DNA of 52,230 nt from Oceanicaulis sp. (GCA_051859425.1 JBHYFR010000001.1:1-52230), one strand, 5' to 3'; positions 9,601 through 19,373 are shown, numbered from the stretch's first letter. Notes: generated by a model from the letters alone, not told the origin. Numbers and translations are program-made.

Positions 9601-10470
9601 ATGCGCGTATCATCCCGGCACGCCGCCCTGATCACCGCCGTCGCCGCCGGCGTCATCGCCGCCAGCGCCCCTGCCTGGTCGCTGACGCCGCCGTCGCCGC
9701 CGCCGCCGTCGCACCATCCGTGCTGCGGCCATCCCGGCGGTCCGAACATCCATCCCCCCTCCGTCCATATCGGCGGGCCGAACATTCATGTGCGCGGGCC
9801 GCGCATTCATGTGGGCGTGCACAATTCGGTCAATGTGAATGTGAACGTGCAGGCCAGTGCGTCGGCCAATGCCATGGTTTCGGCGTCCGGCCAGGCCGGC
9901 GCGGGCGCGTCCACCTTCGTCTATGCCGGCGGCGGTTATGTCTCCGGCGGCACGGCGCCGGGCGCGACGGCGCTGACAGGCTTGCGTCTGGCGGGCATGA
10001 GCGAGCGCATTCAGGAAGAGCGCACGCGCATCCGCGAGGAATGGCGCCTGATCCGCGCCATCTGCATCGATGACCGCGGCGCGCCCCATCCGGCCGCACG
10101 GACCAATCCGTTCGACCGGGTCGATCCCGATTTTGACGGCGAGCTGTACCGCTGCGTGGCCGGTACGGCCCTGCAGGCGACGCTGGGCTGGCGCGAGGAC
10201 GGGCAGGACCGGTTCGAGGGCGGTGAAACCATCATGTGCGAAAAGGGCCAGGCCCTGCGCCATGGACCGGGCGGCGAGGTGTTCTGCGCCCGCGCCACCC
10301 CGCAGCGCGACTGCAATGAGCGCTCCCTGCTGCGCCTGCACGGGCCCGGCGCCATGCTGGTCTACAGGCGCTGGGAAGAGCGCTACAGCGAGACGGTGGA
10401 GCGCAGCATGGTCGCCGAGGCCTCCTCGATGACCCTCATGCTGGACGGCGGCGTCGGCGGCTATCGCTGA
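9601..10470 (+). CDS. Uncharacterised secreted protein with Pro/His-rich repeats, an Asn-Val/Ala-Ser low-complexity tract and a Cys-containing C-terminal domain
   Basis: GGAGA RBS, signal peptide ending APAWS, coding-like codon usage, hairpin downstream. Confidence 0.75.
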   Translation: MRVSSRHAALITAVAAGVIAASAPAWSLTPPSPPPPSHHPCCGHPGGPNIHPPSVHIGGPNIHVRGPRIHVGVHNSVNVNVNVQASASANAMVSASGQAGAGASTFVYAGGGYVSGGTAPGATALTGLRLAGMSERIQEERTRIREEWRLIRAICIDDRGAPHPAARTNPFDRVDPDFDGELYRCVAGTALQATLGWREDGQDRFEGGETIMCEKGQALRHGPGGEVFCARATPQRDCNERSLLRLHGPGAMLVYRRWEERYSETVERSMVAEASSMTLMLDGGVGGYR

Positions 10471-10505
10471 CGCATCGCGCCGGCCTTCGCCATGCCCGGC
10501 TTGTG

Positions 10506-10527
10506 ACAGGCGGCGTAAACCGCCTGT
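10506..10527 (+). terminator. Hairpin after the secreted-protein gene (possible terminator, overlapping a CtrA-like box)
   Basis: ACAGGCGG-cgtaaa-CCGCCTGT stem followed by a weakly T-rich tail (tcattctgatt). Confidence 0.4.
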
Positions 10528-10554
10528 TCATTCTGATTGCGATCGTCTGAAGCA

Positions 10555-10569
10555 TTAACGCGGCCTTGA
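10555..10569 (+). promoter_or_regulatory. CtrA-like box upstream of cpaB
   Basis: TTAA-cgcggcc-TTGA (consensus TTAA-N7-TTAA); a second degenerate box, TGAA-N7-TTTAC, lies on the minus strand at about 10515-10530. Confidence 0.5.
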
Positions 10570-10641
10570 GGATTTCGCGGTCACATCAGGCTCAGGACGC
10601 GCCCTTGCGCGCGCCTGCAGTCTGAAGGGGCCCTGACCGCC

Positions 10642-11448
10642 ATGAATGCTGTGCGTCTGATCGTGCTCGCCGTCGCGGGAGTCGCCGCCGTCGGCGCGGC
10701 TGTGCTGGTGCGCGGGGCCATGCAGCCACCGGCTCCGGTTCAAGTGGCCGGTGAACCCGCACCTGCGCCTGCGCCAGTGGTGGAGACCTCGCGTGTTCTG
10801 GTCGCCGCCCGTGACATCGCGCCGGGTGAACGCGTCAGCGCCGGCTCTTTCCGATGGGCGCCCTGGCCGGACGAGGCTGTGGTGGCGGGCTATCTGGTGC
10901 GGGCGCGCGATGCAGACGCCATCGAGCGCCTGTCAGGGGCCGTGTCGCGCACCGCCATGGTGGCGGGCGAGCCGATTCTGGAGCGCCGGCTGGTCCAGCC
11001 CGGTCAGGCCGGCTTCATGGCCGCCGTGATCGATCCGGGCATGCGCGCCGTCGCCGTGCCGACCTCGGCGCGTTCGGGCGCAGGCGGCTTCATCCTGCCC
11101 AATGACCGGGTGGACATCCTTCTGACCCTGCCGGCCAACGAGAATTTCGCCACGCGCACCGTAGTGGAGAATGTGCGGGTCCTGGCCATTGACCAGAGCC
11201 ATTCCGAATCACGCGACGGCGCGCTGGTGGGCGCCACCGCCACGCTGGAGCTGAGCCCGTCCCAGGCGCGCGCCGTGTCGATGGCGGTTGCCTCCGGCAC
11301 CGTGTCGCTGGCGCTGCGCTCGATCGCGGACACGGAAGGCGCCGCCCGCCTGCCCGACGGTGTGGACGAGGCCGGGACCGCCCGTGTGGTGCGCGTGTTC
11401 CGCTATGGCGAAGAGCAGCGCGTGGCGCTGGGAGGCAGCGCGCCATGA
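10642..11448 (+). CDS. cpaB: Flp/Tad pilus assembly protein CpaB
   Basis: SAF domain (VLVAARDIAPG), PGMRAVAV, GGFILPNDRVDI, NVRVLAIDQ. Confidence 0.93.
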   Translation: MNAVRLIVLAVAGVAAVGAAVLVRGAMQPPAPVQVAGEPAPAPAPVVETSRVLVAARDIAPGERVSAGSFRWAPWPDEAVVAGYLVRARDADAIERLSGAVSRTAMVAGEPILERRLVQPGQAGFMAAVIDPGMRAVAVPTSARSGAGGFILPNDRVDILLTLPANENFATRTVVENVRVLAIDQSHSESRDGALVGATATLELSPSQARAVSMAVASGTVSLALRSIADTEGAARLPDGVDEAGTARVVRVFRYGEEQRVALGGSAP

Positions 11449-12929
11449 TGATCACCCTGTTGCGTAATCTGTGTCTGGCCGGCGCCGCGCTGGCCGCCGT
11501 CTGCACGGGCGCCGCTCAGGCCCAGGCGGACCTTGAACGCACCAACACCATGCAGGTGGTGATCCGCTCACCGGGCGAGGGCCGGGTGTCCGAACGCCTG
11601 AACCTGCCGCTGGGCCAGGCCGCGATCCTGCACCTGCCCGTGGATGCGGTCGAGGTGATGGTGGCCAATGACTCGGTGGCCGACGCCGTGGTGCGCACGC
11701 CGCGCCGGGCGCTGCTGCTGGGCCAGTCTGTGGGCCGCACCAATATCTTCTTCTTTGACCGCGACGGTCAGCTCATCCTTGATCTGGATGTGCGCGTGGA
11801 GCGCGACATGGAGGGCCTGCGCGAGGCGCTGGCCCGCTTCGTCCCGGGCGCGCGCATTGAAGCCGAAAGCATGAATTCCAACATCGTGCTGTCGGGCGCC
11901 GTACCGTCGGCGTCGGCAGCAGACGCCGCCATCCAGGTGGCGCGCCGCTGGGCCGACGATCCCGATCAGGTGGTATCCTTCCTGGCCATCGAGGGCCGCG
12001 ACCAGGTGATGCTGCGCGTGCGCATCGTGGAGATGCGCCGCACCATCGTGCGTCAGCTGGGCGTCAATCTGTCGGCCAATATGTCCACCGGCGGCAACAC
12101 GCCCACGGTCAACCGCATCAATACCGAGAACGCCTTTGGTCTGTCCGGTTCGGCGCTGGGGGGGCTGAGCGGTCAGATGGACCTGCTCAACGCGCTGGGC
12201 GCGGGTACGCGCCTGGGCGCCACGCTGACCGCGCTGGAGCGGATCGGCCTGGTGCGTACGCTGGCTGAACCCAACATCACCGCGATCTCCGGCGAAGCGG
12301 CGCAATTCCTGGCCGGTGGCGAGTTCCCGGTGCCGGTGGGGCGCGATCGCGACGGCAATGTCACCATCGAATTCAAGCCGTTTGGCGTCGGCCTCGGCTT
12401 CACGCCGGTGGTGCTGTCTGAAGGGCGCATCTCGCTGCGCATCTCCACCGAGGTGTCCGAACTGTCCAATGAAGGCGCCATTTCGCTGGGCGCCACGCCG
12501 CAGTTTGACGGCCAGGGCAATGTCATCGGCACCACGGGCGGACTGACCATCCCGGCGCTGAGCGTCAACCGCACCCAAACCACGGTGGAGCTGCCGTCCG
12601 GCGGCAGTCTGGTGATTGCGGGCCTGATCAAGGAAGAAACCCGCCAGGCGATGGACTCGGTGCCCGGCATTGACCGCCTGCCGGTCCTGGGCGCGCTGTT
12701 CCGCTCGCGCGACTTCGCCAATAACGAGACCGAGCTGGTCGTGCTGGTCACGCCCTATCTGGTCGATCCCGCCAATCCGGGCGCGCTGGAGGAGCCGGGT
12801 GACGGCTTCGTGGCCGCCTCCATGGCGTCAAACATCGTGCTGGGCCGCCTCAACCGGGTCTACGCCGCGCCGGGCGCGCGGGTGGACGGGCGTGGCTGGA
12901 CCGGCCCTGTCGGCTTTGTGCTGGAGTAA
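11445..12929 (+). CDS. cpaC: Tad pilus secretin CpaC/RcpA
   Basis: QVMLRVRIVEM, LAEPNITAISGEAAQFLAGGEFPVP, LPVLGALFRS...ETELVVLVTPYLV. Confidence 0.93.
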   Translation: MMITLLRNLCLAGAALAAVCTGAAQAQADLERTNTMQVVIRSPGEGRVSERLNLPLGQAAILHLPVDAVEVMVANDSVADAVVRTPRRALLLGQSVGRTNIFFFDRDGQLILDLDVRVERDMEGLREALARFVPGARIEAESMNSNIVLSGAVPSASAADAAIQVARRWADDPDQVVSFLAIEGRDQVMLRVRIVEMRRTIVRQLGVNLSANMSTGGNTPTVNRINTENAFGLSGSALGGLSGQMDLLNALGAGTRLGATLTALERIGLVRTLAEPNITAISGEAAQFLAGGEFPVPVGRDRDGNVTIEFKPFGVGLGFTPVVLSEGRISLRISTEVSELSNEGAISLGATPQFDGQGNVIGTTGGLTIPALSVNRTQTTVELPSGGSLVIAGLIKEETRQAMDSVPGIDRLPVLGALFRSRDFANNETELVVLVTPYLVDPANPGALEEPGDGFVAASMASNIVLGRLNRVYAAPGARVDGRGWTGPVGFVLE

Positions 12930-12931
12930 TC

Positions 12932-13594
12932 GTGATGGCTATCAAGCATGTGATCCTCGCCCTGTCCGGCGCCGCGCTGCTGGCGGCCTGCTCGGCGCAA
13001 GCGCCGCGCCCCCTGCCCCAAGCCACCGCCGCGCCTGAAACCGTGCGCGTGGAGATGGCCTATGACATGCGCGATAATGGCCTCACCTGGCGCCAGCTGG
13101 ACCTGATTGCGTCGGTGGCCAACGAGTATAAGGCGCGCGGCCATGGCCCGCTGGTGATCTCCTATCCGCAGAATTCACATGATTCCGAAACCGCGATCGC
13201 GGTCATCGCCGAAGCGCGCGCCCAGCTTTACGCCCATGGCCTGGACTGGCGCGCCATTGGCGGCGGGGCCTATGACGCCCGCGGCCGGGCCGGGGCGCCG
13301 ATCATTTTCTCGTTCAACCGCTACCGCGCCGTCGTGCCGGCATGCGACCGCAGCTGGCCGGACCTGACCAATACCCGTCCCGGCGAGGCCTGGCCGCAAT
13401 TTGGCTGCGCCACCGCGACCAATCTGGCTGTTCAGGTCGCCGATCCGCGCGACCTTCTGACTGCGGGATCGATTGACCCCGCCGATTCCGCGCGCCGCGC
13501 CGCCGTGCTGGAGCTTTACCGTCAGGGCCTGCCGACCTCCACCCAGCGCACGGCGGACGAAAGCGGCAATGTGTCAACGGCTGTGGGCGATTAG
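12932..13594 (+). CDS. cpaD: Tad pilus assembly lipoprotein CpaD
   Basis: Lipobox LLAAC, FGCATATNLAVQVADPRDL motif, position between cpaC and cpaE. Confidence 0.88.
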   Translation: MMAIKHVILALSGAALLAACSAQAPRPLPQATAAPETVRVEMAYDMRDNGLTWRQLDLIASVANEYKARGHGPLVISYPQNSHDSETAIAVIAEARAQLYAHGLDWRAIGGGAYDARGRAGAPIIFSFNRYRAVVPACDRSWPDLTNTRPGEAWPQFGCATATNLAVQVADPRDLLTAGSIDPADSARRAAVLELYRQGLPTSTQRTADESGNVSTAVGD

Positions 13595-13604
13595 GGGAGC
13601 GGAC

Positions 13605-15167
13605 ATGGCCAGACACGCAGACGCTTTCCAGGACGACAATTTCGACGCCGGGGACAGCTTCCTCGACGATCCGGCTGTGGCGTCCGATCCTTTCCTCGAC
13701 GCGTCGGCTGTCGAGCGCCGCATGCTGGGCGAGCCCGAGCCAGCCTCCATGCCGGGCCACGCCGGGGCGGATGATGGCGGCTTGCGCCCGTTCGGGGCGC
13801 GCCTGGCCGAGGCCAATCTGGCGCCCGAACCCGAGCCGGCGCCCGCACGGGCCGTCCCCAGACCGGCCCCTGCACCGGCACGCCCTGCGGCGCCGGCGCC
13901 GCGTCCGGTCGCGGCGATGACGCCGATTGATGGCGGGCTGTATGGCGAGGTCGGCGGCGACGAGGACGACGCGCTGATCAATCAGCCGGTGCCGCGCATC
14001 GCGATCCAGGCCTTCTGCGAGCGGCCTGAAACCGGCCAGCTTATCCATCAGACCGGCGCGGACCGGCGCCTGGCGCGCGCCCATCTGACGGTGGAGCTGG
14101 GCGGTCTGGCCGCGGCTATCGAGCGCTTTCACGACGCCCAGACGCCCGAGCTTCTGATTGTTGAATCGGGCATGCGCGGGCGCGAGCTGTTCGCCCAGCT
14201 CGAGGAGCTGGCGGGCGTGTGCGATGCCGACACCAAGGTGGTGATCATCGGCGCAGCCAATGACATCACCCTGTATCGCGAGCTGATGCGGCGCGGGGTG
14301 AGCGAATATCTCGTACCGCCCATGACGCCGCTGCACCTGATCAAGACCATTTCCGGCCTGTTCCTCGATCCCGACGCGCCGTTCGCCGGGCGCACCCTGG
14401 CCTTTGTCGGCGCCAAGGGCGGGGTGGGCTCGTCCACCGTGGCCCATAACGTGTCCTGGCACATCACCGAATCGCTGCGCACCGACGCGGTGCTGGTCGA
14501 TCTGGACCTGTCCTTCGGTACGGCGGGTCTCGATTTCAATCAGGACCCGGCCCAGACCATCGCCGAGGCGCTGGCCCAGCCCGACCGCCTCGACGACGCC
14601 CTGCTGGACCGTCTGCTGGTCAAATGCACCGAGCGCCTGTCGCTGTTCTCGGCGCCCGCGACGCTGGAAAGCGACTGGGATTTCGACGCCGACAGTTTTG
14701 ACCTGGTGCTGGAAAAGGTGCGCCGCCAGGCGCCCTTCATTGCGCTGGACGTGCCCCATGCCTGGAGCCCCTGGGTGCGCCGCACGATCCTGTCAGCCGA
14801 TCAGGTGATCGTCACGGTGACGCCGGATCTGGCCTGCCTGCGCAACGCCAAGAATCTGTTCGATCTGGTGCGTCAGGCCCGGCCCAATGACGATCCGCCC
14901 AAAGTGGTGGTCAACATGGCCGGCTGCCCGAAAAAGCCCGACATTCCGCTGAAGGATTTCGCCGATGCGCTGGGCGCGGCGCCGCTGCTGCCGTTTGACC
15001 CGGCGCTGTTCGGCAAGGCGGCCAATAACGGCCAGATGATCAGCGAGGTCGATCCCAAATCCCGGCCTGCCGAGGGTTTCGCCCATCTGGCCAGCGTGCT
15101 GGCCGGACGCGCCGCTGCGCCGGTCAAGCGCAAATCCCTGTTCGGCTCCTTGTTCTCGAAAGGCTGA
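13605..15167 (+). CDS. cpaE: Tad pilus localisation protein CpaE/TadZ
   Basis: Acidic/Pro-rich N-terminus, pseudo-receiver domain, deviant Walker A GAKGGVGSST; ATG 13605 follows a GGGGAG RBS. Confidence 0.9.
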   Translation: MARHADAFQDDNFDAGDSFLDDPAVASDPFLDASAVERRMLGEPEPASMPGHAGADDGGLRPFGARLAEANLAPEPEPAPARAVPRPAPAPARPAAPAPRPVAAMTPIDGGLYGEVGGDEDDALINQPVPRIAIQAFCERPETGQLIHQTGADRRLARAHLTVELGGLAAAIERFHDAQTPELLIVESGMRGRELFAQLEELAGVCDADTKVVIIGAANDITLYRELMRRGVSEYLVPPMTPLHLIKTISGLFLDPDAPFAGRTLAFVGAKGGVGSSTVAHNVSWHITESLRTDAVLVDLDLSFGTAGLDFNQDPAQTIAEALAQPDRLDDALLDRLLVKCTERLSLFSAPATLESDWDFDADSFDLVLEKVRRQAPFIALDVPHAWSPWVRRTILSADQVIVTVTPDLACLRNAKNLFDLVRQARPNDDPPKVVVNMAGCPKKPDIPLKDFADALGAAPLLPFDPALFGKAANNGQMISEVDPKSRPAEGFAHLASVLAGRAAAPVKRKSLFGSLFSKG

Positions 15168-15178
15168 AGGCAGCATCC

Positions 15179-16681
15179 ATGTTCGGCAAACGCCCGCCCG
15201 GCTCCCCTGATGGTTCGCGCACATTTGGCGCGGCGCCGTCGGGTGCGCCCGCCCCCGCGAGCGTGGCCGTACGTGAGCGTCCCAAGCCCGCTGCCCCTGC
15301 ACCGGCGCCCGCCCCGGCGCCGGCCGCCCCGCGTCCCGCCGGCGAGGCCAAGCCCGGGCACGCGCGCCGCAAGGCGATCGAGCCCGAGCGCGTCGGCGCC
15401 GAGCGTTCGGCCGAGTACTATGCGATCAAGACGACGATCTTTAACGCCCTGATCGACACCATCGATCTGGGCCAGCTGTCGCGCCTGGACAATGCCACGG
15501 CGGCGGATGAAATCCGCGACATCGTCACCGAGATCATCTCGATCAAGAACGTGGCCATGTCCATCGCCGAGCAGGAGCAACTGCTTCAGGACATCTGTAA
15601 TGATGTGCTCGGCTATGGTCCGCTCGAGCCCTTGCTGGCGCGCGACGACATCGCCGACATCATGGTCAATGGCGCAGGCGACGTGTTCATTGAAGTCAGC
15701 GGTCGTGTCCAGAAGACCAATATCAAGTTCCGCGATAACGGCCAGCTGATGAACATTTGTCAGCGTATCGTGTCCCAGGTGGGCCGCCGGGTGGATGAAA
15801 GCTCGCCGATCTGTGACGCGCGTCTGGCCGATGGCAGCCGGGTGAACGTCATCGCCCCGCCCTTGTCGCTGGACGGCCCGACGCTGACCATCCGGAAATT
15901 CAAGAAAGACAAGCTCAAGCTCCAGAACCTTGTGGAGTTCGGCTCGATTTCGCCCGAAGGCGCGCGCATCCTTGAGATCATCGGCGCCTGCCGCGCCAAT
16001 GTGCTGATCTCGGGCGGCACCGGTTCGGGCAAGACGACGCTGCTCAATTGTCTGACGGGCTTTATCGGCGAAGACGAGCGGATCATCACCTGTGAAGACG
16101 CCGCGGAACTCCAGCTGCAGCAGCCGCATGTGGTGCGCCTTGAGACCCGCCCGCCGAACCTTGAGGGGCAAGGCCAGGTCACCATGCGCGATCTGGTGAA
16201 GAACTGTCTGCGGATGCGCCCCGAGCGGATCATCGTGGGCGAGGTGCGTGGACCTGAATCCTTTGACCTGTTGCAGGCCATGAACACCGGCCATGACGGC
16301 TCCATGGGCACGCTGCACGCCAACTCGCCGCGAGAGGCGCTGAGCCGGATTGAATCCATGATCACCATGGGCGGCTACAACCTGCCCACCAAAACGATCC
16401 GCGAGATGATCTCAGGCTCGATCGACGTGATCATCCAGGCCGCGCGCCTGCGCGACGGATCGCGCAAGATCACCCATGTGACCGAAGTGCTGGGCATGGA
16501 AGGCGATGTGATCATCACCCAGGACCTGTTCCTGTACGAAATCACCGGCGAGGACGCGGACGGCAATATCATCGGGCGTCATGTGTCCACCGGCATCGCG
16601 CGTCCGAAATTCTGGGACCGCGCGCGCTATTTCGGTCTGGAGCAGGCGCTCGCGCAGGCGCTCGACGCTTCGGAGGCCTGA
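15179..16681 (+). CDS. cpaF: Tad pilus ATPase CpaF/TadA
   Basis: GGTGSGKTT, LRMRPERIIVGEVRG, MNTGHDGSMGTLHAN. Confidence 0.96.
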   Translation: MFGKRPPGSPDGSRTFGAAPSGAPAPASVAVRERPKPAAPAPAPAPAPAAPRPAGEAKPGHARRKAIEPERVGAERSAEYYAIKTTIFNALIDTIDLGQLSRLDNATAADEIRDIVTEIISIKNVAMSIAEQEQLLQDICNDVLGYGPLEPLLARDDIADIMVNGAGDVFIEVSGRVQKTNIKFRDNGQLMNICQRIVSQVGRRVDESSPICDARLADGSRVNVIAPPLSLDGPTLTIRKFKKDKLKLQNLVEFGSISPEGARILEIIGACRANVLISGGTGSGKTTLLNCLTGFIGEDERIITCEDAAELQLQQPHVVRLETRPPNLEGQGQVTMRDLVKNCLRMRPERIIVGEVRGPESFDLLQAMNTGHDGSMGTLHANSPREALSRIESMITMGGYNLPTKTIREMISGSIDVIIQAARLRDGSRKITHVTEVLGMEGDVIITQDLFLYEITGEDADGNIIGRHVSTGIARPKFWDRARYFGLEQALAQALDASEA

Positions 16682-16685
16682 GGCC

Positions 16686-17678
16686 ATGGGCGGCGATCTG
16701 ATCTTCATCCTCGCTGCGGTGTGCGCCTTCGTAGCCGTAGCGGCGGCGGGGCTGGCCCTGGCGCCGGGCGATGGCGGACGGGCGCGCAAGTCCCGCATGG
16801 CGGTGGCCGTGGGCGGACCGGTCCAGCGCGGCCAGCGCAAGGTCGCCGCGCTCGACAGCGCCGCCCAGAAGCGCCGCCAGATCCAGGAAACGCTCAAAGA
16901 CCTCGAAGCGCGCCAGAAAGCCGAACGCAAGAAATCCCTGACCCTCAAGGGACGGCTGGAGCAGGCGGGGCTGAAGGCTACGCCGATGCATTTCTGGCTC
17001 GCGTCCGGCGGGCTCGCCGCCGTGGGTTTCCTGGCGGTGATGGCGTCGGGCCTGCATCCGGCGATCGCCGTGGCGGCGGCCATCGTGGCGGGCCTGGGCC
17101 TGCCGCGCTGGGTGCTGGGCATGATGCGCAAGCGCCGCCAGGCCCAGTTCACGTCCCATTTCGCCGATGCGCTCGACATTATCGTGCGCGGCATCAAGTC
17201 GGGTCTGCCGCTGAGTGAATGCCTCAAAGTGATCTCGCGTGAGGCCGAGTCGCCGGTGCGTCAGGAATTCGAGCTGCTGGTGGAGGGCTTGGCGGTCGGG
17301 GTTGATCTCGATGAAGGCCTGCGCCGCATGACCGGCCGCATGCCGCTGTCGGAACTGTCCTTTTTCATGATCGTGCTGGTCATCCAGCAAAAGACCGGCG
17401 GCAATCTGTCCGAGGCGCTGAACAATCTCTCGGCCGTGCTGCGCGCGCGCAAGATGATGCGCGAGAAGGTTCAGGCCCTGTCGTCCGAAGCCAAGGCGTC
17501 GGCCTTCATCATCGGCTCTCTGCCGCCGGGCGTCGCCATCATGGTGTCGATCATGTCGCCGGCCTACATGGAGCCGCTGTTCAACACTCCGATCGGCCAG
17601 CTGATGCTGATGGGCGGGGCGCTGTGGATGGGCATCGGCATCGTGGTCATGCGCGGGATGATCAATTTCAAAATGTAG
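16686..17678 (+). CDS. tadB: Tad inner-membrane platform protein TadB (T2SS F family)
   Basis: FADALDIIVRGIKSGLPL, IQQKTGGNLSEAL, ALSSEAKASA. Confidence 0.92.
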   Translation: MGGDLIFILAAVCAFVAVAAAGLALAPGDGGRARKSRMAVAVGGPVQRGQRKVAALDSAAQKRRQIQETLKDLEARQKAERKKSLTLKGRLEQAGLKATPMHFWLASGGLAAVGFLAVMASGLHPAIAVAAAIVAGLGLPRWVLGMMRKRRQAQFTSHFADALDIIVRGIKSGLPLSECLKVISREAESPVRQEFELLVEGLAVGVDLDEGLRRMTGRMPLSELSFFMIVLVIQQKTGGNLSEALNNLSAVLRARKMMREKVQALSSEAKASAFIIGSLPPGVAIMVSIMSPAYMEPLFNTPIGQLMLMGGALWMGIGIVVMRGMINFKM

Positions 17679-17690
17679 GCGGAGGCCGTC

Positions 17691-18662
17691 ATGACAGCAT
17701 TCGCCACCTGGATCACGCAGCCGGAGAATTTCTTCGCAGCGCTGGCGGCCATTCTGGTGTTCGCCACGGCGGTGACCCTGTCAGGGTCGTCCATGCGCAA
17801 CGACAATCTGTCCAGGCGCATGAAGCAGGTCGCCAACCGGCGCGAGGAATTGCGCCGCAAGTCGCGCGAGGCGATGGAGCGGGAGAAATCCGGCGGGCTT
17901 CGCGGCAACGATACGCGCAGCCCGTTCCGCAAGGTGGTTGAAGGCCTGAACCTGCAGACGCATCTGGAAGACCCCAATCTGAAGACCAAGCTCATTCAGG
18001 CGGGCATGCGCGGGCAGGGGCCAATCTTCGCCTTCTATTTCGCCCGCTTCGTCGCGCCCTTCCTGCTGTTCGCTGTCGTGGCGCTGTATCTGTGGACGAT
18101 CAATGATTTCGGCCTGGAGGGCATGCAGCGCCTGACCGCAGCGATGGCCGCGGCGGTGCTGGGCTATTACGCGCCTGCGCTCTACCTTTCCAATGCCGGC
18201 GCCAAGCGCCGCGAGTCGATCATGCAGGCATTTCCCGACGCGTTGGACCTGTTGCTGATCTGCGTCGAGGCGGGCATGTCCATCGAGGCGGCGTTCCAGA
18301 AGGTCGCCTCGGAAATCAGCTCCAGCTCCATCGAGCTGGCCGAGGAATTGTCCCAGACCACCGCCGAGCTCGCCTATCTGCAGGAGCGGCGCATGGCGTA
18401 CGAGAATCTGGCCGCGCGCACCGGGCATCCCGGCGTCAAATCGGTGGCCACGGCGCTGATCCAGGCCGAACGCTACGGCACGCCGCTGGGCCAGGCGCTG
18501 CGGGTGATGGCCAAGGAAAACCGCGATATGCGCATGAGTGCGGCGGAGAAGAAGGCCGCCGCTCTGCCCGCCAAGCTCACCGTGCCGATGATCGTGTTCT
18601 TCCTGCCGGTCCTGTTCTTGGTCATCATGGGCCCGGCCGCGCTCAACCATCAGAATCTGTAG
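17691..18662 (+). CDS. tadC: Tad inner-membrane platform protein TadC
   Basis: FPDALDLLLICVEAGMS, QAERYGTP, AEKKAAALPAKLTVPM. Confidence 0.92.
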   Translation: MTAFATWITQPENFFAALAAILVFATAVTLSGSSMRNDNLSRRMKQVANRREELRRKSREAMEREKSGGLRGNDTRSPFRKVVEGLNLQTHLEDPNLKTKLIQAGMRGQGPIFAFYFARFVAPFLLFAVVALYLWTINDFGLEGMQRLTAAMAAAVLGYYAPALYLSNAGAKRRESIMQAFPDALDLLLICVEAGMSIEAAFQKVASEISSSSIELAEELSQTTAELAYLQERRMAYENLAARTGHPGVKSVATALIQAERYGTPLGQALRVMAKENRDMRMSAAEKKAAALPAKLTVPMIVFFLPVLFLVIMGPAALNHQNL

Positions 18663-18759
18663 CGCTCTCAGGCCGCAACCACCTGCAAAACCGCTTCGGC
18701 ATCGCACGGTTTGGCATTAGGGTGCGCAGCCCTGACACCCAGCCAGAGGGATCTGCGCC

Positions 18760-19260
18760 ATGTTCGGCGGAGACAAGGCGGCCCATCGCCGCCGCGACGA
18801 GATGCGCCAGGCCAATGAGGCCGCCAACCATGCGCTGGAGGCGCTGGCCGCCGGTGATCTGGTGCGCGCCCGGCGCGAGCTGGACATGGTGCCTAAAAAA
18901 ATCACCTTCGCCGATGGCGGCTGGAAGCCCTTGCTCGCCGCCGCCGTGCTGGATGTGTTGTCGGGCAAGCGGCGCGCCGGTCTGGAGAAGCTAATCGCGG
19001 CGTGTGACGGCCTGGATGAGACCAGCCTGTCGCGGGACGACAAGGGCTATCTGCGGCTCTATGCCCTGTACCGGGCCATCGATGCCAGCAAGGACGGGCG
19101 CGCGCCGCGCGAATTGCGCGAGCGGGTGGAGGATTTCCGCTTTGATCACACCCTGGTCAGCGGCGAGCTGAAGGCGCGTTTCCCCCTGAAAAAAGTAGAG
19201 GAGCCGGTCTCCGCTCCCCCGCCCATGGCGCCGCCGCCCTCATCGGACGAAGCCTTCTAG
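18760..19260 (+). CDS. Hypothetical helical protein
   Basis: GAGGGA RBS, 166-aa ORF with coding-like codon usage filling the gap between tadC and marC. Confidence 0.7.
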   Translation: MFGGDKAAHRRRDEMRQANEAANHALEALAAGDLVRARRELDMVPKKITFADGGWKPLLAAAVLDVLSGKRRAGLEKLIAACDGLDETSLSRDDKGYLRLYALYRAIDASKDGRAPRELRERVEDFRFDHTLVSGELKARFPLKKVEEPVSAPPPMAPPPSSDEAF

Positions 19261-19373
19261 GGTTTACAGCCCCGGCCCCCGCATTTTCGCAGACTGGACC
19301 TGCAAGGCAGCGGGCTCGCCTTCGCGTCCCGGCTCTGGTACACGCGCCACAGTAGCGCAGGAGACCGCCGTCC

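Noticed and set aside
14400-14445. CpaE Walker A lacking the terminal lysine (GAKGGVGSST)
   Set aside because: Known property of the CpaE/TadZ family, not pseudogenisation
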